DNA from: Asterionella formosa
Taxonomy: Eukaryota
Assembly (NCBI GenBank): GCA_002256025.1
Contig: NKIB01013045.1
Coordinates: forward strand, 1-64,000
Direction: 5' to 3'
Length of the DNA stretch: 64,000 nucleotides
A program made the position numbers and the translations under genes. Below the pieces are notes generated by a model, which saw only the letters and a list, made by a program, of their open reading frames with translations, was not told the DNA's origin and did no database searches. The first letter of the stretch is position 1. Each line of letters starts with the position of its first letter. Shown here piece by piece: positions 61,429-64,000 of this stretch.

Positions 61429-62939
61429 TCGCTTTAGCTTAGGTATATTGCTGATGACCACGACGCGGTGTTTGATTTGAGGATGTATGAATAAATAAAC
61501 TAATGGAAGTCAAAATGAAAGATTCACAATCTCAAAATCGTTGTATGGATGGTGCTCAAACTTAACAATAGAGTCGCTTCTTTTCCATGGTCGCATCCAT
61601 GCATGGGCGATCGATAGTAAAATAAAATTTAAAATCGGAACATTATCAGCAATGCTACGACTGCTGAATGTATATACCGGTACCGGTTTTTGTAAAAATT
61701 ATCCGGAATGTACACCAAACACCTACCTGTACCTGTTTACATGTTGCTTGCTTCTACCACTTTGCCTCCGGCAGTGATACCGGTAGGACCTAGTGCCGGT
61801 ATAACGGTACCAGGTAACTGTATATCATACCTGCACTTGCCGCCGGGTCTCTCAACTGTGCTACCGGTAACGTCGTAATCATAACGACAGAAAAAAAACT
61901 CGGTACCGGGTACCTGGTAACTGGTATCTGGTAACATACCTGTTACCAGGTACCCGTTGCGGTACCAGGTACGAGGTACCGGTACCTGGTACCAGGTACC
62001 GAAGAATGACCTTGGTAACAGGTACTCTGCTAACCATCAGGTACCTGGTACCAGGTACTCCTGGTATGGTACTCTACATACCTGATAATCGGTAGAAACA
62101 GGATCATACTGGTATGCATACCACCGTTGCCGTGTTAAATACCGGTACAATCATTTACCGGTGTATGTACTGTAACCGACAAAATATTTCAAAATTACAA
62201 AACTGTTGTGACTTGCTTGCTTGTTCGTTGCTGTGTACATTCGTCGTCCGCCAAAATGCGCTGGTATGTCTTATGTACCGGTATACCTTATAATTCATTG
62301 TCCTGGCCATTCACTTATTAAGGTTGCGGCCCCGGCTTAACCCTAGTTCGGAGAAAATATCGCTAGGGTTGTAAAAACGGCGTGGAACAGGGAGTTTCCT
62401 GCTACGAATTCTCATGATTCGAGTGTCCATTTGAATATTTGAATTAAATAGGAATCGGCGCCAGATTGATAGAATTCCATTAAAAAATGATATTCAAACA
62501 TTTATACTATTTCGACGTTGCTGAATGTAGACATAATTTTACTCAACGCCAAAACACATACATAAATTGGGAGTATTCCAACATGTATGCTCATGGCTCT
62601 TGTTTATGCGTTTATATTGAATCTACGTTGCTGAATGTAGTTTCAATATCACTTAACGCACAAAGGTATATACCGGTGTGTGAATCAGTACCAGTACCGG
62701 AGTCCCAGAGTAATGGTATTTCGGTACTCGGAGTACCAGGTAGTACACAATATTGGTTCATCATGATGGAGGACAGGATGTACTACTGGTGGTAGTACCG
62801 TTACTGATTTTACCAACCAGGATTCAAAACATCTAATACGTGTGGTTCAAGTGTGGCTGGCGAGATTATACTACCGGTAGAACGGGATACTTCAGCGAAT
62901 CTGAAGCAGGTGAATAAATTAAATTCAACCAATCAGAAT

Positions 62940-63525
62940 ATGTGTAGTGAAGCGGGAACTTACCCTGGAGTCTTTTCGGACTAAGAATTATTCAGCGAAA
63001 CATCCCTACACAAGACACCAAGTATACGAGAACGTTTTTGCACGTAGAAATTCTGATTCCAATATTTTGGCGACTGTTGAAAGAGCCGATCGGGTCGACT
63101 TTTTGGAGGAGGATTGCTCTACATCTACCGGTATGGGGTTTCATGAAGAATGAAATAGATAGCCGTGTACCCTATAACGTGAGGAGTTAACTTCTGCAAA
63201 GAAGTGGCAGTTATCCCTCGTAGATATTTTCAAAAGCTTGATGGCCCCCTTTTTTGACTATTTTTGGATAGTTATGATTCCAAGAGAGATAACTGCCACT
63301 TCTCTCCAGAAATTAGGTCCTTGCCATATCTGAATATAGATCATAGCCCTAAGTCGAGGAATGACTGTATCTAAGCATATGCAAAGTGGTCGTCTTGGTG
63401 AAAGCTAATTGTACCTTTAACTATTTTATTTCGTTGCGAGTACTGTGTAGATTAAAGTACACAATAAAATTAGGAAAAAGATATTTTGTCCCCCTATTTC
63501 GATATTTCGTCCCCCTCTTTTTATA
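62940..63525 (+). mobile_element. Tc1/IS630-like transposase 3' remnant with a putative right end
   Basis: Frameshifted TKYTRTFL, VWGFMKNEIDSRVPYNVEELTSA..KWQLSLVDIFKSLMA resemble the Tc1 C-terminus. ATTTCGTCCCCCTC..TA resembles a Tc1 TIR end. Confidence 0.5.
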
Positions 63526-63822
63526 AACCCTTAAACCCTAGCCTACATAGCCTTCATATAAACCACCAATTATTTTTTGCTAGTACACGGAAATCAGTTG
63601 GCTTGATGACACTGCCGTGACAGCTGCTACTCATACTACACATGCACATCATTGTGTTCAAATTGACTCTGATGGCCTCAACCAAAGCAGTCAGAGCCTA
63701 TTGAGGACAATACAGAGGAGGGACTGGACGGCTCTGTACAGGTGTTCTACGGCGCTGTAATTCGAAGATACAGAGCGCATTTGTGCACTTGAATAATCAC
63801 CCCTCGACCCTCAGTCTACATC

Positions 63823-64000
63823 ATGTTAAGGCGAGATAATTGTGGAGTTCATCATCTTTGCTGGCTTCCATTAAAAGACCAACAGAGGGAAAGCGACGGT
63901 ACCTTGTCCACCGAAAATTCAATTGAGCAGAAACCAGACCAACGAATCTTGGAAGTTGCATCTTGGGCTTGTCAGGTATTAACTCTCTCCAATCTATCTG
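63823..64000 (+). CDS. Possible 5' end of a gene running out of the window
   Basis: ATG at 63823 opens a frame (MLRRDNCGVHHLCWLP...) with no stop to the window end. Confidence 0.3.
   Translation, partial: MLRRDNCGVHHLCWLPLKDQQRESDGTLSTENSIEQKPDQRILEVASWACQVLTLSNLS

Noticed and set aside
63525..63540. Interstitial telomere repeat (AAACCCT x2)
   Set aside because: Only two imperfect units, which is compatible with chance.

Overview
This is eukaryotic nuclear DNA, very probably from a diatom: short GT-AG introns, a bipartite plastid-targeting peptide, an HSF-type factor, a diatom-type GT8 and an Ambal-like LINE relic. It holds about 13 compact protein genes: MsrA-like, a membrane protein, a Rossmann-fold protein, HSF, mitochondrial L20, a CxCC protein, a mitochondrial carrier, NSA2, GT8, V-ATPase F, exportin-4, a ~2060-aa protein with a PEHE-like tail, and a TACC-like coiled-coil. 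Islands of decayed transposons separate the genes: PIF/Harbinger relics, three LTR-like copies, a LINE, a Tc1 relic, a tRNA-derived SINE-like element, an unclassified dispersed repeat, tandem duplications and two ~190-bp tandem arrays. The most unusual signal is pervasive non-coding chains of TA-delimited short linkers (TA-CCGG-TA, TA-CCWGG-TA, TA-CCAG-TA, TA-CTCGGAG-TA) clustered near gene 5' ends. Comparing repeat copies inside the window suggests these linkers are insertions at single TA sites, as expected for accumulated Tc1/mariner excision footprints. A pair of 30-bp Stowaway/mariner-type TIRs sits inside such clusters, 12.7 kb apart. All alignments were done by eye; no database searches were run.
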